A stretch of 62,990 nt of DNA, filler included, from Reticulomyxa filosa (GCA_000512085.1; 10 parts of 10 records of this genome joined end to end with filler, not necessarily neighbours in it), one strand, 5' to 3'; shown: positions 11,892-25,533, numbered from the whole stretch's first letter. Translations and numbers: made by a program. The notes: generated from the sequence alone by a model not told the origin.

Positions 11892-12020
11892 CCGTCGTCT
11901 CGACCGGAGCACCGAAGGTGCGGAGCGGAGAGACCTTCGCTCGACGGAAAGCCGGCAATTCGTGGAGAGAAGATCTCTCCACTCCGCCTCGCTTTAGTGC
12001 GGCTCCGGTCGAGATGACGG
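11892..12020. repeat. Bacterial palindromic intergenic element (REP/MITE-like), about 130 bp
   Basis: Terminal arms CCGTCGTCTCGACCGGAGC and GCTCCGGTCGAGATGACGG are 18/19 complementary. Inner arms GCGGAGCGGAGAGACCT and AGATCTCTCCACTCCGC also pair. It lies between convergent genes. Confidence 0.75.
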
Positions 12021-12025
12021 AGTAG

Positions 12026-12454
12026 CTACTCCGCCGCGAGGGCGAGGGGCGGCGGCGTGTGGTGGACCGGCTTCGTCTCGGCGGTGGCGTTCGGCTTCTT
12101 CACCCTGAACCAGGCCGCATAGAGCGCCGGCAGGAACAGGAGCGTGAGCGCCGTGGCGACCAGCAGGCCGCCCATCAGTGCCACGGCCATCGGGCCCCAG
12201 AAGACGCTGCGCGACAGCGGGATCATGGCAAAGATCGCGGTGCCGGCGGTCAGCAGAATGGGGCGGGCCCGGCGGACGGTCGCGTCGATCACCGCGTCCC
12301 ACTTGCTGTGGCCCGCCGCAATGTCCTGGTCGATCTGATCCACCAGGATCACCGAGTTGCGCATGATCATGCCCGCGAGCGCGATCACGCCCAGCAGCGA
12401 GACGAAGCCGAACGGCTGGTTGAACAGCAGCAGGAACAGCGACACGCCGATCAG
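12026..12454 (-). CDS. AcrB/AcrD/AcrF-family RND efflux permease, C-terminal part (5' truncated by the contig end), bacterial
   Basis: Motifs LGVIALAGMIMRNSVILVDQI, RRARPILLT and MAVALMGGLLVATALTLLFLPALY match RND TM10-12. Confidence 0.93.
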   Translation of the reverse strand: MIGVSLFLLLFNQPFGFVSLLGVIALAGMIMRNSVILVDQIDQDIAAGHSKWDAVIDATVRRARPILLTAGTAIFAMIPLSRSVFWGPMAVALMGGLLVATALTLLFLPALYAAWFRVKKPNATAETKPVHHTPPPLALAAE

Positions 12455-12697
12455 NNNNNNNNNNNNNNNNNNNNNNNNNNNNNNNNNNNNNNNNNNNNTT
12501 AATTAATTAANNNNNNNNNNNNNNNNNNNNNNNNNNNNNNNNNNNNNNNNNNNNAACCAAAATGATATTTAAAAGCTACACTATTCGTAGATATTTTTTT
12601 AAAAATTTGATTAAATGTTGTTTTTCATTTAGAAACACAATAATCTATATAAGGTGGCATTTTATGTATCAAATTTCTTTTTTATCCTACTGTAGTT

Positions 12698-12850
12698 GTT
12701 TTCCTGGCCTTCAGTGACCTTTTCTTAGTTTCCAGTCCTTCTGTTGTCTTTTGCTTTAATTTCCTAGTCTTTCGTGGCTTTCCTTTAGTCTTCAGGCCTT
12801 CAGGGTCTGCCTTCTGTTGCCTGACCTTTAGTGGCCTTTTCTTGCTGGTG
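12698..12850 (-). repeat. Degenerate purine-rich minisatellite (AAAAGGCCACTGAAGG-like units)
   Basis: Recurring GGCCTTCAG, GACCTTT and GGCCTTTT words on the + strand. One frame reads as a Lys-rich peptide with no start codon. Confidence 0.35.
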
Positions 12851-14009
12851 CGAGTGCTTTCAGCACATCTTAATGAGATGACTGGTCGCGATTAGAATAT
12901 GTATTTTGGCATTCTTGCCACTCCCTTTCGCTAGGCTGTTACACCCTGTTGGCTTTTAGCTAGCCAATGATGATGAAATGAGATTTTTTTTTAATATCAA
13001 TAATAAATGATGTTAAAATGAATTTTTTTATTAACAAAAATAAATAAGTCACATAACTTACAATATCACAAAATTCAACTGCTATAAAAAAATCTTATAT
13101 CACTAGTAAAAAAATTTATTTTATGTCTTGCATGAATCTTCTTGACAATGATAGAACTTCATATCTATTAATAAAAATGACAGAATTACCAAATAATCCA
13201 ATCAGCGTATTATATAGTGAGTCTCGACTGCGTCATTAATTGAATATATTCAACACTGTAACAATATTTATTGTGCTCATTATACTTTAATTAGCATGTA
13301 TTATCATTGCAAATTGCTTTCTTTTAACATTGCTTACCTTATTTTAGTGTAGGTAATTTTGTGCTGAAAAACCTACCATACCAAACTGAATTGCTCTATC
13401 ATTTGTTTCTAGATTCTTTGGAAATTTCGAAACTATAGTTAAGAAATTTCGTAATTTTGGATTTCAAAAACGTTCATATGTCAAATTATCTCACTTCTAC
13501 TAACGTTTTCTCCTTCAAGATATAATCTTTTTAACAAAGGTTAATTGATTTACGAAACGAAATTGTACAATCAATACTATATCAATAATATTGTTATCAG
13601 TCCATTAAATTTTTTAACAGAAAAATGGTCAAACATAGCATGTCTCAAAAAATTAATAGTGTAATGTTTTTGTTTTGGCGGAATATGTCTCACCGTATTT
13701 TTCTAAAATTTAAAACATTTGGCTAACGTTAAAAAGACGTGCGAAACATTAGTGATACTGTCAACGCTGAAGACGAGAGGCCAAAAAATAAAATAAAGTT
13801 TTTCGATAATACATGATTATTTGTAAAATTGCCTAATGAGTTAAAACGTTCATTTGAAAAGTTTAAAACATGACGCACAGTCTTGTGAATCAGGAATAAA
13901 AAATTGCTTTTTTTCCATCCCAAAACAACAAAAAAAAAGGGTTCAATTTTGGAAAAAAATGACACTACTGATACTAAATATTTTATTAATTAGTTTGATT
14001 TGTCTTAAT

Positions 14010-14687
14010 TCAGATTTCTGATTCAATATCATCGGGGACTTGCTCCTTAGTATCTCGACTGGACCAGAACAAACACATGCTAACGCAAAGCATTAACATT
14101 TGATAGCAAATCATCAACAAGGCCAACGCTCCCAAAGCGAATTGAACCGAACGCAAACTTTTTTCGATTTCGTGATAACAACCAGGACATGAGGAAGTGG
14201 TGGTCGTTGTGAGAGTATCATTGAACACGCCATACGACGTTCCGTCGGAGCTAGTGTCAGATCCGTCAAAACCGCAACAATTGAACTGTTCTTCAAATTT
14301 ACTACGTTGCGAATCGCTCAAACTATCCCATCTTTGTTTGATCAGTCCTTTCAAATGGCTCGGGTTGAATACCAATGACACAATGACAATTTCAAATATA
14401 AACGTCACGCACAGTCCAATCACATAAAAAATTAACATACATTGACTGTTGGTTTTGGCAGCGATACAGCCTAAAATAGCTATCCCCAGTATCAATATCC
14501 CCAAAACAAGAGACAAAGCGAACAATGCTGAATTTACTTGGCCGACATAGCTCACGTGCCCTTCCGTGAAGCTGTAAATGCCTACAGACAGTATTACAAT
14601 GGCAAGTATGCTCAGGCCAACATTCACGTACAGTATGAAGCCTCGCGCAAGTCGAGTACAACACGGCTCTTTGTATTCCCTTCCCAT
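14010..14687 (-). CDS. Tetraspanin
   Basis: Four TM segments, a CCG motif (FNCCGF) in the large extracellular loop and GC before TM4. The likely start is MGREYK at 14687 and the CDS has no introns. Confidence 0.9.
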   Translation of the reverse strand: MGREYKEPCCTRLARGFILYVNVGLSILAIVILSVGIYSFTEGHVSYVGQVNSALFALSLVLGILILGIAILGCIAAKTNSQCMLIFYVIGLCVTFIFEIVIVSLVFNPSHLKGLIKQRWDSLSDSQRSKFEEQFNCCGFDGSDTSSDGTSYGVFNDTLTTTTTSSCPGCYHEIEKSLRSVQFALGALALLMICYQMLMLCVSMCLFWSSRDTKEQVPDDIESEI

Positions 14688-15324
14688 TGCATAGCCAACT
14701 GCTTTGCTATCATACCTGTACAGGTGAGTTTGTGTGTAAAAAGCAAGCACGGGTTTTTTTTGCGCGTGGATTGTCGAATCCAAAAATTACATTACCCGAA
14801 AGAAAAAGGGAGTGGTAGAACGCAAAGAACTACAAAACTTGTTCATCGCGCTTCCACCACGATTTTGGCGTTCCATATTCACTACTATTGAAACTTACGA
14901 ATACAAATCCAATTATATTAGCAAAGATCACATATATTAAAGATAAAAAAGTTCAATTGCCGAGCACGAACCCAAGTTAGTGTTTGCTGTTAAAACGAAA
15001 TTTTTCCAGAGAGTAAGAAGCTTTTTTAGAAATGGCAAGATAATAAATACTGTTTAGTAATTTGGAAAATATACAAATCAAGAAATTTAAGGCTAAAATA
15101 TCCATCTTTGAGCTTTTGAAGTCTGACTAAAAAGAATTCAACATCATTGCCATTTTTAAGTTTTCTTTGATTAACGTTGCACTAGTTGTACTCATTTAAA
15201 AATGTTTGCGAAGTATTGTAGAGATTTAAAGTTGGAATGACATTCTAAAAACATGAAATGAAATAGTTAAAAAACTACAAATACAATCCCTTCAAGAATA
15301 ATAATTCGCGGATGAATCAAATTT

Positions 15325-16394
15325 TTATGTCCCAATAGTTTTGCTGATTAAATAGTCTCTTAAATTACGATTAATCAATAAGCCAATGCTCCATGGCACA
15401 AACATGCGTGCCATGCGAATGGGTATGCTAGTAGGGATGTTTTGTGTCACACGCGAGAGACGTTCGACAAGTAGAGATCGTGTATGGTTGTAGTAGTCCA
15501 AGCCCATCAAATGACAAGGCGTTGTAAGAAGTTGCACCAAAAGCGGAAACAGTACTTGTGCAAGCTGCCACTGCTGATACGTCCACTGTTGACGCCTTTT
15601 GTCAAACATAAAGCAAAGCGCAAGCAACAAAATGATGCACGCATTACCTATCAAACAATATGAGACATATGCATCGTATGAAACTACTAACTTTTGCAAA
15701 TAATCTGATAATACCACGGCTCCTGTTGTTTATTTGATTGCCACTTTGTGTTTAACATGGCAAACAAAGAAAAACAAAAACGCACCGAGGACATTGCAGC
15801 TATCGCGGGCTACCCACCACAGATACGAAAATAGAGGTAATGGCGTAGATGATTTGAGTCCAAACCTTTTCGTCAAGATTGGATCTTTGTATAGTACCGA
15901 CAAACCACCATTCACCACAAACACAAGCCAGAATTGCCAAAAAGCAGTGCTCGAGGCACTTTGGTTGCTTGCAATGCACACTGTATCTGTAATGTTTTTT
16001 ATCATATACGTTGCGCCGTATGTTACCACAACCACGCCAAATTCCAGCAAGCGCATATATTGGTAAGGCCTTTCTTACGTTACACACATCAACGTTTTTT
16101 TTACACTACAATCGATCCACAAAGTGCAAGGTGGAAAATACGAACCGTTTACACACGGACAACAAACTTGGTCATTTGCTTGATGCTAGTAGACAAACTT
16201 GACAACAATGTTGTTTTGCCGCTCATACTTTCGATTACTGCTGCGTCCATTGGGGTTATGAACCAAGACAAAAAAAAACCAGCTAAGAAGGACACAAATA
16301 TATCAATCAAAATACGGTGTGTAAACGCGACATCCAAAGGTTCTTTTGGCTGAGAAAAAAATTCTTCCAACAATTCTTGGGTTGCCATTATCAT
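15325..16394 (-). CDS. Conserved mitochondrial-carrier-like membrane protein of uncharacterised function (fungal/protist orphan family), about 4 exons
   Basis: ORFs 16149-16394, 15730-16056 and 15325-15717 join through GT-AG introns. Motifs ITPMDAAVIESMSG, TYMIKN, KDPILTKRFG, SYLWWVARD, QLLTTPCHLMGLDYYN and RMARMFVPWSIGLLIN. The family call is from memory. Confidence 0.6.
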
Positions 16395-19033
16395 GAAGAT
16401 GACGGGGAATTTTGTGCTAAAAAATTCTAGACAGTCAACACATCAAACTCAAGTTGATGAAAATATGGATTCGTTGTCTTTTGAAACGTTGGATAGCAAA
16501 AGGGCGTTTCAGAAAATTTAATTAAAAATAAAATTAAAAAGGTCGAAAGATATATTTGTTTACATAAGAGGATAGATCTCGAGAGTAAACTTTTTTTTGA
16601 GCGTTATCAATCTTTTTATGCTTTTCGTTTATTGTTTATAAAAAATTATCTTTACATTCTTATAATTTTATTTTTTGCATCATTTTTGATTGCATACTAA
16701 ACGTTTGCTTCGTGCACAAACAGGTAGGAACAAGAAAAAATACGTTTGCAGTTCCAAATTGTGGTAATTATCACTTTAATAAATTCTCATCAGGTAAGAA
16801 ACCATACGTAAAAAATTGATGAGAAAACGTTAAAAAAAATATAATAGCGGTTCAAAGCACAATATACGAACAATTGATTTAAAAACCATTATCAAAGTTG
16901 ATGTTAAATTCATTATGAAATATTAGCTTCAAACTAAATAAATTACAACAAAATATTTATGCATTAAATTTTCTTTTATTGTTACTGATAATATGATGAT
17001 ACAAGAAAATACATTTAGCTATCTCTGATATTAAAAAATTATTTTAATACCATTGTTAATGTCGATTTTTGCAAAAAAATTATATTAAAGATTGAAACAG
17101 TTAGATATTGCGACATAATTCCAAAGATAATATCAAATATTTTCAACAATTCGTCTTATGCAAAGCTCGTGGTGAATGCATTGCAAAGACAAGACCAAAG
17201 AATCTATACAAACGAAGCCGCAGTAAATATGATATCGGCTAAACAGCAGGACAATTAAGATTGTAATTCAACAGCTTTCACATAATTTTTTTAACAATGA
17301 TAAGTTTTTTAATTTACTTTTTGTTTTAGCTTGCTTTGATAAAAGTATATTAAATACATATTTTATGAAAATTCAACATATCGAAAACAATGATTTGATT
17401 ATTCAGTTGAACATTACTCATGCAATCCACACTGTAATTTTTTTAGAAATTCAGCGCACTAAACATACTTGTGAACAAGTTTGCCAGTCCCATATTGCAT
17501 AAAAAAACAAAACTTCATCATATACATAAACTACAATGTATTGAAGCAGACAAAATAAACTTTGACAATCAAAAATAAAAGACAAAGTCTCATTATTGGA
17601 GTGAAAATGTATTGATGACTAAGGATCTACTTAAAGAAGATATGACATAATATACAATGTTGTAAGACGTGGTTCCATGTAACATAACCTTTGCACGTAG
17701 TCATTTGTCTGAATAGATAAAATAAACTCAAAAAATTATCACATTAAATCGAAAACAACAAACATTTAATTTAAGTGCATATTTAATCTTTCAAAAAAAT
17801 TGGTTGCTCTGCATCTGGTTCGGCGACCACTCTGACGATTTTGAAATTTCTTTTTCATGTTTTTTGTAGCATTTTTCGTTTTTGATCTTCGATGATCATT
17901 TGCTTTTCAGTCATTGCAGGTAACCATATCTTTGATTTTCAGTTTTGATTGGTCTATTTTATTAACTGAACTTGGTGTACTTGATTACTGACAGCTTAAA
18001 TCCTTTATCATTTTCCGATTTAAATAGTATTTGTTCTTGTTTTTCATGTCTTTGCTGCTGTCTTTCAGTATCCACTTTGATGTTGGCTTGACTTGCATGT
18101 ACATAGATTGTGGTTTTGTCTACAATCTCTTTCAAAACTGTCCACTAGTCAATTTTTTTTTTTCCAGCAAATTTGTTTTCACGGTTGATTTATCTATCAA
18201 TACAACATTTGAAATTTAGTTGTGATACTTTAAAGTTTAAATCAAAAATTGAAATTATTTTTTTGCTTGCTCTTGTCCATTGTGCGATAGTTTCTATAAG
18301 TTTTTGTTGAAAATTTATTCGAAAGACTATATTTTATATTACTAGTTACTAAATTACATTCTTTTCTACACCGACCAAACCAGTGAATGATTATTTTTGA
18401 ATCTTTTAAAAATTTTCTTATGTGCTCCCATGGTGGTATGGCAATTTATTCGCTTTCTCTTCACGACAAATATACAAATATAATAAAATAAAAATAAGTT
18501 TTTTTTAACACATACTAAATCTTTAGGTAAATTTTTTTAGTTGGATGCATTCTTTAAAATAGATGCTATGAAAGAACACTTGAATGTCTTTTGGCGTTGT
18601 CATATGTTTTGTAATGTAACTTACAACGGCGTGTTTTTTTGTTTTCGGACCTAAATAAAGCCAAATATTCAAAAAAATGCGCTTTCTACACTTTTTTAAC
18701 TTTACGATCGTATTATCATTGATTACGGCGTGCAATAAACTTATTTTTTAAATTTTAACGTTCAGTATTTGTTGGCATTCAATGAAAAAAATTTTCCACA
18801 AACATCTTCTTAATCCAATAAATCAATACGAAAGTAAACACGGTTTTAATCAAAAACGTTATTTGTTCCTTTCAGAAAATTAAAGAAATATAATTGAATT
18901 TTATCAGTGACAGTGATGTATCCATTAACGATGCATTTAATCAAATGAAAAACACATCCCAAACCTCAACACGAGACCAGAACAAACATACAAGCAACAG
19001 CAGTGCACACCAACAAATATAACATTTTTTATG

Positions 19034-22000
19034 TTAATCTTCTTCCCAGTTCACATTTTGTGCGACGAAATCTGTATCAATAGCATGACAGTTGGATATT
19101 GCGTACAACAATTTCTTTTTCATTATTTCTTTGCTTGTGTATTTTGGTAATTCTAATGTAAAGAAACATGTATCTATAAACAATTCAAACCATAAACATT
19201 TTTACCAATTCACAAATAAAACTAAAGACAAGGATGACATACGGCTGACGGGTAAGACGAAATCATCATTCTTAGGCGAGGTTAAAACTCCAAAAGGATC
19301 ATGGAAATCCTCAGAACGAGTTGGCAAACGACTTTGTCCCCAAACAAATCGTAAAAAGTTGCTTCGTTGTTGATGTGTAAAGTCCTCCAAAACCTGCCAG
19401 AAAAATTGGACATGTTGATCCGTAGCTTTAACACCATGTTTGTAAACAGTATTCGCCTTAAGCAATTCCAAATCAATTTCACGTTTGCCACAAATCATCA
19501 ATTCCAACTCTTGCCACGTAAACAATGGTAACAATGCTATTGGAACAATTGTAGCTAATCCTCGTCGGATTGCATCTACTTGGGTGCTGAATTCATTTAA
19601 ACGATAGTGTTCAAGTAATTGGACATATTCCTTTCGATTTTCCCATCTATTGAAATTCATCAATTTTTGTGCAGAAAAGAAGAAAAATCATGCACTATAC
19701 AATATAAATACAGATTGTCGTTACATACGTGACTTGAATCTTGTCACCGTCTGGTTTCAGTAACACTTGTCTTCCATCGGACGATGTTGTTGTAAAATGA
19801 TAGGGGAAATAATCGCTAAATGTCTGAGGTGTTACGCCTTCTCTTTCAATATTTGACAGCTTATCCAAAATGTCAAAGCAGAGACTGTCAATTTCTTTTA
19901 GATCTTCACGACCGACTGGTTTTCCCACCAATGGTTTCCATACCACACATGGAAAGTCCAAATTTAGGTAGTGCTTTCCACGAATAGCGACTCCCATTAA
20001 TTTTCCCACAAAAGTGTACATGGATAAATAAAGTGAAGATGTACAAGAAGGATTTGGTATCCATTTCTCTTGGTTATCTCCATACCCTCTTGAATTCGGG
20101 CATTTGATAAACAATGGCAAATGATCCGACTGCAAATCTCCAGAGAGAGCACTTAACGAATCTCTGAATAATCCTCCAGCGTCTGTACCACCTTCTCCTT
20201 CGTAGGTGACTCCCCAAGGACGATTGTTCGGAGCACATCGCAAATATACTGGCCTTACAAAGTTCAATGTGCGGTATGCTTGTCCAAATATTGATTTTTT
20301 GCTGCTTCGGTAGCACTCAATGCATTTGTTGCGGCTCTTTCCCGTGCTCTTAATGCCTTCGGTCGGTTGATTATTAAACTAGTGCGATGTGTCGACGACG
20401 TTTGCTGCAAGACATTTTGCCAAGGCAATCGCTTCAGATCACTGAAAATTAATGATCGCAAGCTGCATAATCTCGCGGCCAAGGACCAATTTAGACCAAC
20501 TTGCGTAAAGTCCACCAAAGGGAATATAGCTTTCATTTTGTAATTCAGAATTTGAAGCATCAAAAATCTGCGTCTCAGAACTTGAATGTCAATGTCACTC
20601 AAAGCGTCGTGTCTCTCTAACAGGTTATTATCCGGGTATAGCGAGTGCGCCACCATATCCAATTGTGAAAGTTGGCGAACGGCATTGCGTGCTTCTCTTT
20701 CTCCAGCGTTGTCAACAACATTTCCATTTGCATCAGCAGGTGCAGCGTTTCCAATTATTCTCCATACATCTCTCAAATCATTTATGGCAGAGTCTTGATA
20801 ACAGTTTTCAAATAGTGCCATGACTTCGTTGTCCAAATTGGAGCTAACACTCCAAAGACTAGAATCAAATTCAGACACTTTGCACGCAATAGAACGTTTC
20901 AAGTATTTCAGTGACAATTTAGCTTCGCTTTGAGGATCCCAATCGGAAAGATATTTTACAGTAGAACCAGTAGCAGAAGTGAGGATTTGACAGTTGATTG
21001 TATATTCATGTACTTTCTTATCTGGCAAACATTGCAAATAATATCTGGTATCTAATACAGATCCATTAACTCCCAAACATTTCACAGGAGGTTGTGGATA
21101 ACCATTTTCGACTCCAGGAGGGCATTTACCCAAGTAAATAGGATCATTGTTATGTTTCAAAGCACCATTTGTACGTTGCTTTTGTACCAAGTTTCCATCC
21201 ACAAATAATTTCACACCAATAGCATTGGCTGTTACCGCAACGTGATGCCATGATCCGGTAGTCAATTCGTTTCCTTCATGTGTTAATGTGATGTGATTAT
21301 TGGCTTTAGTAGTTACTATGGTTTGAATGGCATTTGATTTGTTACCACTTGGCAAATAGATCCAAGGAAGCGCTGAATTGCTGTTGCGATCACCTTTTCT
21401 GAAGATAGTGCGATTTCCTTCAACACCTTCTATTCGTTTATCCAAATACAACCAAAACATGACTGTAAATTCACTAATTTCACCAATTCCACCCGTTGGA
21501 CAGGCCTTTCCTGGCACTACTTCTTCATTTTCACTTAATTGGAGAGTTTTGTTATGTGGTGACACAATCAAATATGATTCTGCCAATTGAACTGCCCTTG
21601 ACACTTCTCCTAAAAATATGGTTGGCAAAAGATAACCAACATTCTTTGAGGATTTTTGAACTCTAATGGCTTCTTTTGCGAGGCCGTCACTAGGTATTTT
21701 GCTTTCGTTCGTATCCGGTGACGTGTGAGTTGTTTGCATGTCAACAGCAGAGTGTTGAGGATCGTCCATCAAACCTTGATGCACAGTTAAAGTCAAGGAA
21801 GACATTTCCACGACACGATCAAATGTTGACTGTTGTGCGCAAATGTACACTGGTGTTTCTGACTTGGCCACAATTTTTCTTATTTTCAAGACATCAGTGC
21901 GAATTTTATTGGACACGTGATCATACACGTCCCGACGAATATCATATTCAATTCGCACTTCTTTATCTGTAATTGGACGATTTGTATCCACATCATTGAC

Positions 22001-23738
22001 AAATACATTTGGCAAAGCACTTACCCATTGACTTCGTGGGGGCAACATTAAACGGGTTCCTCCACAGTTGTTTATGTGTGCTTTCATTTTGTCTGTGATA
22101 TCACTTGTTTTTTGCTCTGCAAAAATGCCCCAAACTGCTGACACAATGTTAATTTTCCAAACATACAAATCATTGTGATCATATGTCAGATCTGGTTCCT
22201 CAGTTTTCGTTTCTCTTTCTTTTTCTTCTTTCTCTTCTTTCAAGTGTGAGTCTGGCCCAGTCGTCAATGGTAAAGATGCTTGGGTTCGGAACAACTCAGT
22301 AATTGCCATCAATTCAACAATGCTGTTCAAAAGCTGCGATTGCACAGTGCGGTCTCGTTGAATCATTTTTTCGACAACGTCATCCATATTTTGTCCTAAT
22401 TCTTCTAATTTGCTCAAGTTCAAAGGAAAACGTTTTTCCGTAGGCAACTTGTGAACGCACAGCAGTAATTTAATCAATTGTTCAATGCCTCGTGTTTTGA
22501 CGTTGGATTTCAAATAGATAACAAAACTATTCATTTATTTGTGATTTAATGATTTCTTCATTAGATGCAAAGGAATAAAGACAGTGTATTTTCGTTTGCT
22601 TTATTTTTTTTTTGCGCGAATGATCTTTCCCCGTCTCTTAACTGCAACAAACTATCTGCAAGTGGAGTGACATATTTCGGTTGCTCAATTATATTTTTGT
22701 GTTCCATTAGCAGTTCAAACAACCAACACCCTAACTCAAAGTTGAATGCATCGATGGCTTGAAAATCATCAATGTGTTTTTCAATTGGTTTCACATAAAA
22801 GCGATATCCCCAATACTGATTGTCGAAACTTGATGTGAACTTGAACCAAAAACGATTGGACGGTACAATGAACGTGGGGAAGCGGTCTGCTCCTGTACCT
22901 CTGCAGCGCAAGTATTGATCCTCAAAATCTTGATCGGCGTAAAAAGTCAAACCTGTTTTGAAGTCATTTGCTAGATTGCACTGGGCATCAAATGTCACCA
23001 TCAATCGAGACGCCCCAGGTACATATACCACTCGACGCTCATCAACATCTTCTGGATAGGGTTTGTGCTGGGATTCAAACATGAGCACTTCGTTGGGATC
23101 ATTGACTGCTTGAACAAAATGCAATATGCATTCTTCGATCAATCCTTGAGTTAACGTCGTGCATGGCTGTGCTTGTTGTATCAGCTCCTGGCGGGTTGGT
23201 TTGTCACTTCTTCGTTTCTTTTGGAAAATGTCATCCGACAATCGAAGTTTCAAAATCGATTCTTTTAGTCCTTCTTCGCGTAACAGATCAAACACTTTGC
23301 CAAAATCTTTGATCAGACTGTTTTTACGTTTCACCAACAATTTGGACTTTGAAGTACCAGCTGATAAAGCTTCTGCTGCAGCCAGGTCTAACAGACGAAT
23401 AACCGTGTTGACCCCACCAAACATCTCCATGTCAAATGCCATTGTGCCCGGCCAATGTCGGAGCAACCACAATACACTGCGTCGAACTTTGCGAATGGAC
23501 AGGGCGTGCTCGATTTCGACGTAATGAGAGCCAATTCCGAAAATGGGTACTTCTTTTTTAATGTCCGTTGGTTGCAAACCTTCATCCTGAATTTGATCAA
23601 TCACCTCTTGGGTACGAATGTTCAATTCTTCAACAGGATCTTGATATCTTTCAAAAGGAATATGTAATGCACGGACTGGGAATGCACCACGGAAAAATAC
23701 TCCCAGTTCACGATCAAAAAACTCCATGTTTATGCGTC
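19034..23738 (-). CDS. Large HECT E3 ubiquitin ligase (HERC2-type HECT) with CUB-like and LamG/ConA-like domains, 5' truncated
   Basis: Motifs GEGGTDAGGLFRD, FVGKLMGVAIR, FLRFVWGQSRLP and spliced LPVSHTCFFTLELPKYTS...LLYAISNC (catalytic Cys). The LamG region reads FTVMFWLY...WHHVAVT...LFVDG. There is a one-base frame break at T6 20295-20300. Confidence 0.93.
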
Positions 23739-23944
23739 CTTTATTACAGCAACAACAACCACAAAATAGTTTTTAATTATAAAATCTCTTTTTTTTTTTT
23801 TTAACTGTTATTGACATCTACTGATTGCACAATNNNNNNNNNNNNNNNNNNNNNNNNNNNNNNNNNNNNNNNNNNNNTTAATTAATTAANNNNNNNNNNN
23901 NNNNNNNNNNNNNNNNNNNNNNNNNNNNNNNNNAAAAAAAAAAG

Positions 23945-25174
23945 GAAAACGACTCGGAACCTGAATGTGTGGATGGAACTTGCTTGTTTGCATGCAATCA
24001 AATGAACCGAAAAGTGTTTGAATGGCTAACAGAGACAGGCACAGAAACAGATGCGGAAACACAAAGCCAGTCAGTATCGAAAGTCAATGACACAAATAAA
24101 CGCAGACCTTCGAATGAATACAACGTGTGTGATATACCCATGGTACTTGTGTGGCGCTCTCCTGTACTGTCTTCTACGCGTTTTATTATTCGCTTGACCA
24201 AAGAGAAAATTCATTGGAATTGGAAAACTACCAAACAGTTTTCTTTAACTGTTTATTTACTCTTTTTTTTTTTTTTTTTTTGTTTGCTTTGATTAGGAGA
24301 AACAAAATTGAAAGAAGAAAAACAAAAAAGAGGGAGGCGTGTCCATTATAAACAAAGGTACTTGATGCAACAATTAAAAATAAACGCTGCTTGCGCTGAT
24401 ATTATGTTGGATCGCTTATCTTGGAATCGTGAGCAAAGTGAGCACATTTTCGAATTACAATTATTCGAAACAAGTATAACACATTTTCGGTACGTGCATC
24501 TCAAGTTTTCCACTTGGTGTGATCTACGCCAGAAAAGCTCTCCATTTATCGATTATCCCAGACTTGTGAGAATCGACTGGAAGGGTGATGCGACTGAGGT
24601 ATACCATATCTTGCGTGACGTTGTTGCAGACACCGTTTTTGGGATTTGTGTACCTCTTCACTCTCTGATGAGAGAATACTTAGTTGATACTGACCGATTG
24701 TCTATTAGATTTTTGGTAGGTTTTTTCTTCGCCTCTTCCTTCCTCCCCTCCTCTCTTGTCTAACATATCTTTTGGCTGTCTCCATATGCTCGTGCATTGT
24801 GTTGTGTGATAATTAATGCGACGTGAAATAATGGAAACGCATACCAGTTAACTTTGAACAAAATCATTTGAATACACACATACACATGTAAAATCTTTAT
24901 TTTTTTGTAAAATTTGTAAAAAAAACAAAATTTAGAGTCTTCCAATGATAGCAAATCGATCCATTTGAAGCATCAGCCTTGGGAATGGAAACAGTTGGGC
25001 GTGGACTTGATCAAACAAATGCAATCAGAAAAAACTCAAATTAAGAAAAATTTTAATTCGCCTTGGGCAACGCTCTGCGTTTTGTTTGATGAAACAATGT
25101 TGGAAATTTATAGAAAAGCGATCACAGAGAAAGACAAGTTCCTTGGTACAAACAACATTATATTCACTCCGTAA
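23945..25174 (+). CDS. Hypothetical protein, 3' part (at least 3 exons, 5' truncated)
   Basis: ORFs 23969-24292, 24308-24763 and 24965-25174 can be linked by GT-AG introns, for example 24716-24937 in phase 0. No family was recognised. Confidence 0.5.
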
Positions 25175-25533
25175 TCTCATCTTCTCTTTTCATATATGTG
25201 TCAAGAATATTGCAAAACTTGAATAATATTTGATTAAATTTCGATTGTTTATTATTTGCTTCAAAATTTGGTTTTTCTCTTCGTTTAAAATTGTAAACAA
25301 AGTCAAATACAGTGAATGAATTACAACATCCGCCAACGAAAAGTGTTTGAATAATTTTAATGAATTTTAAATTCGGGTACATTGACCAAAGAAATCGTGT
25401 TTTTTTGCCAAACCCACATAAAAACAAACAAACAAAACACAACAGTATACATTGAGAATAGCAATATATACCAATTGGTCGAGCCTTTTTTTTCAACAAA
25501 TCAAAAGAAAAACAAAATGAAATTTCCACATCG

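Noticed and set aside
11187-12502. Long overlapping ORFs (11187-11861 -, 11228-12025 +, 12059-12502 +)
   Set aside because: These are shadow frames of pcp and the RND gene, as expected in high-GC DNA.
17780-18220. Possible pseudogene fragment
   Set aside because: Only short broken frames without recognisable motifs.
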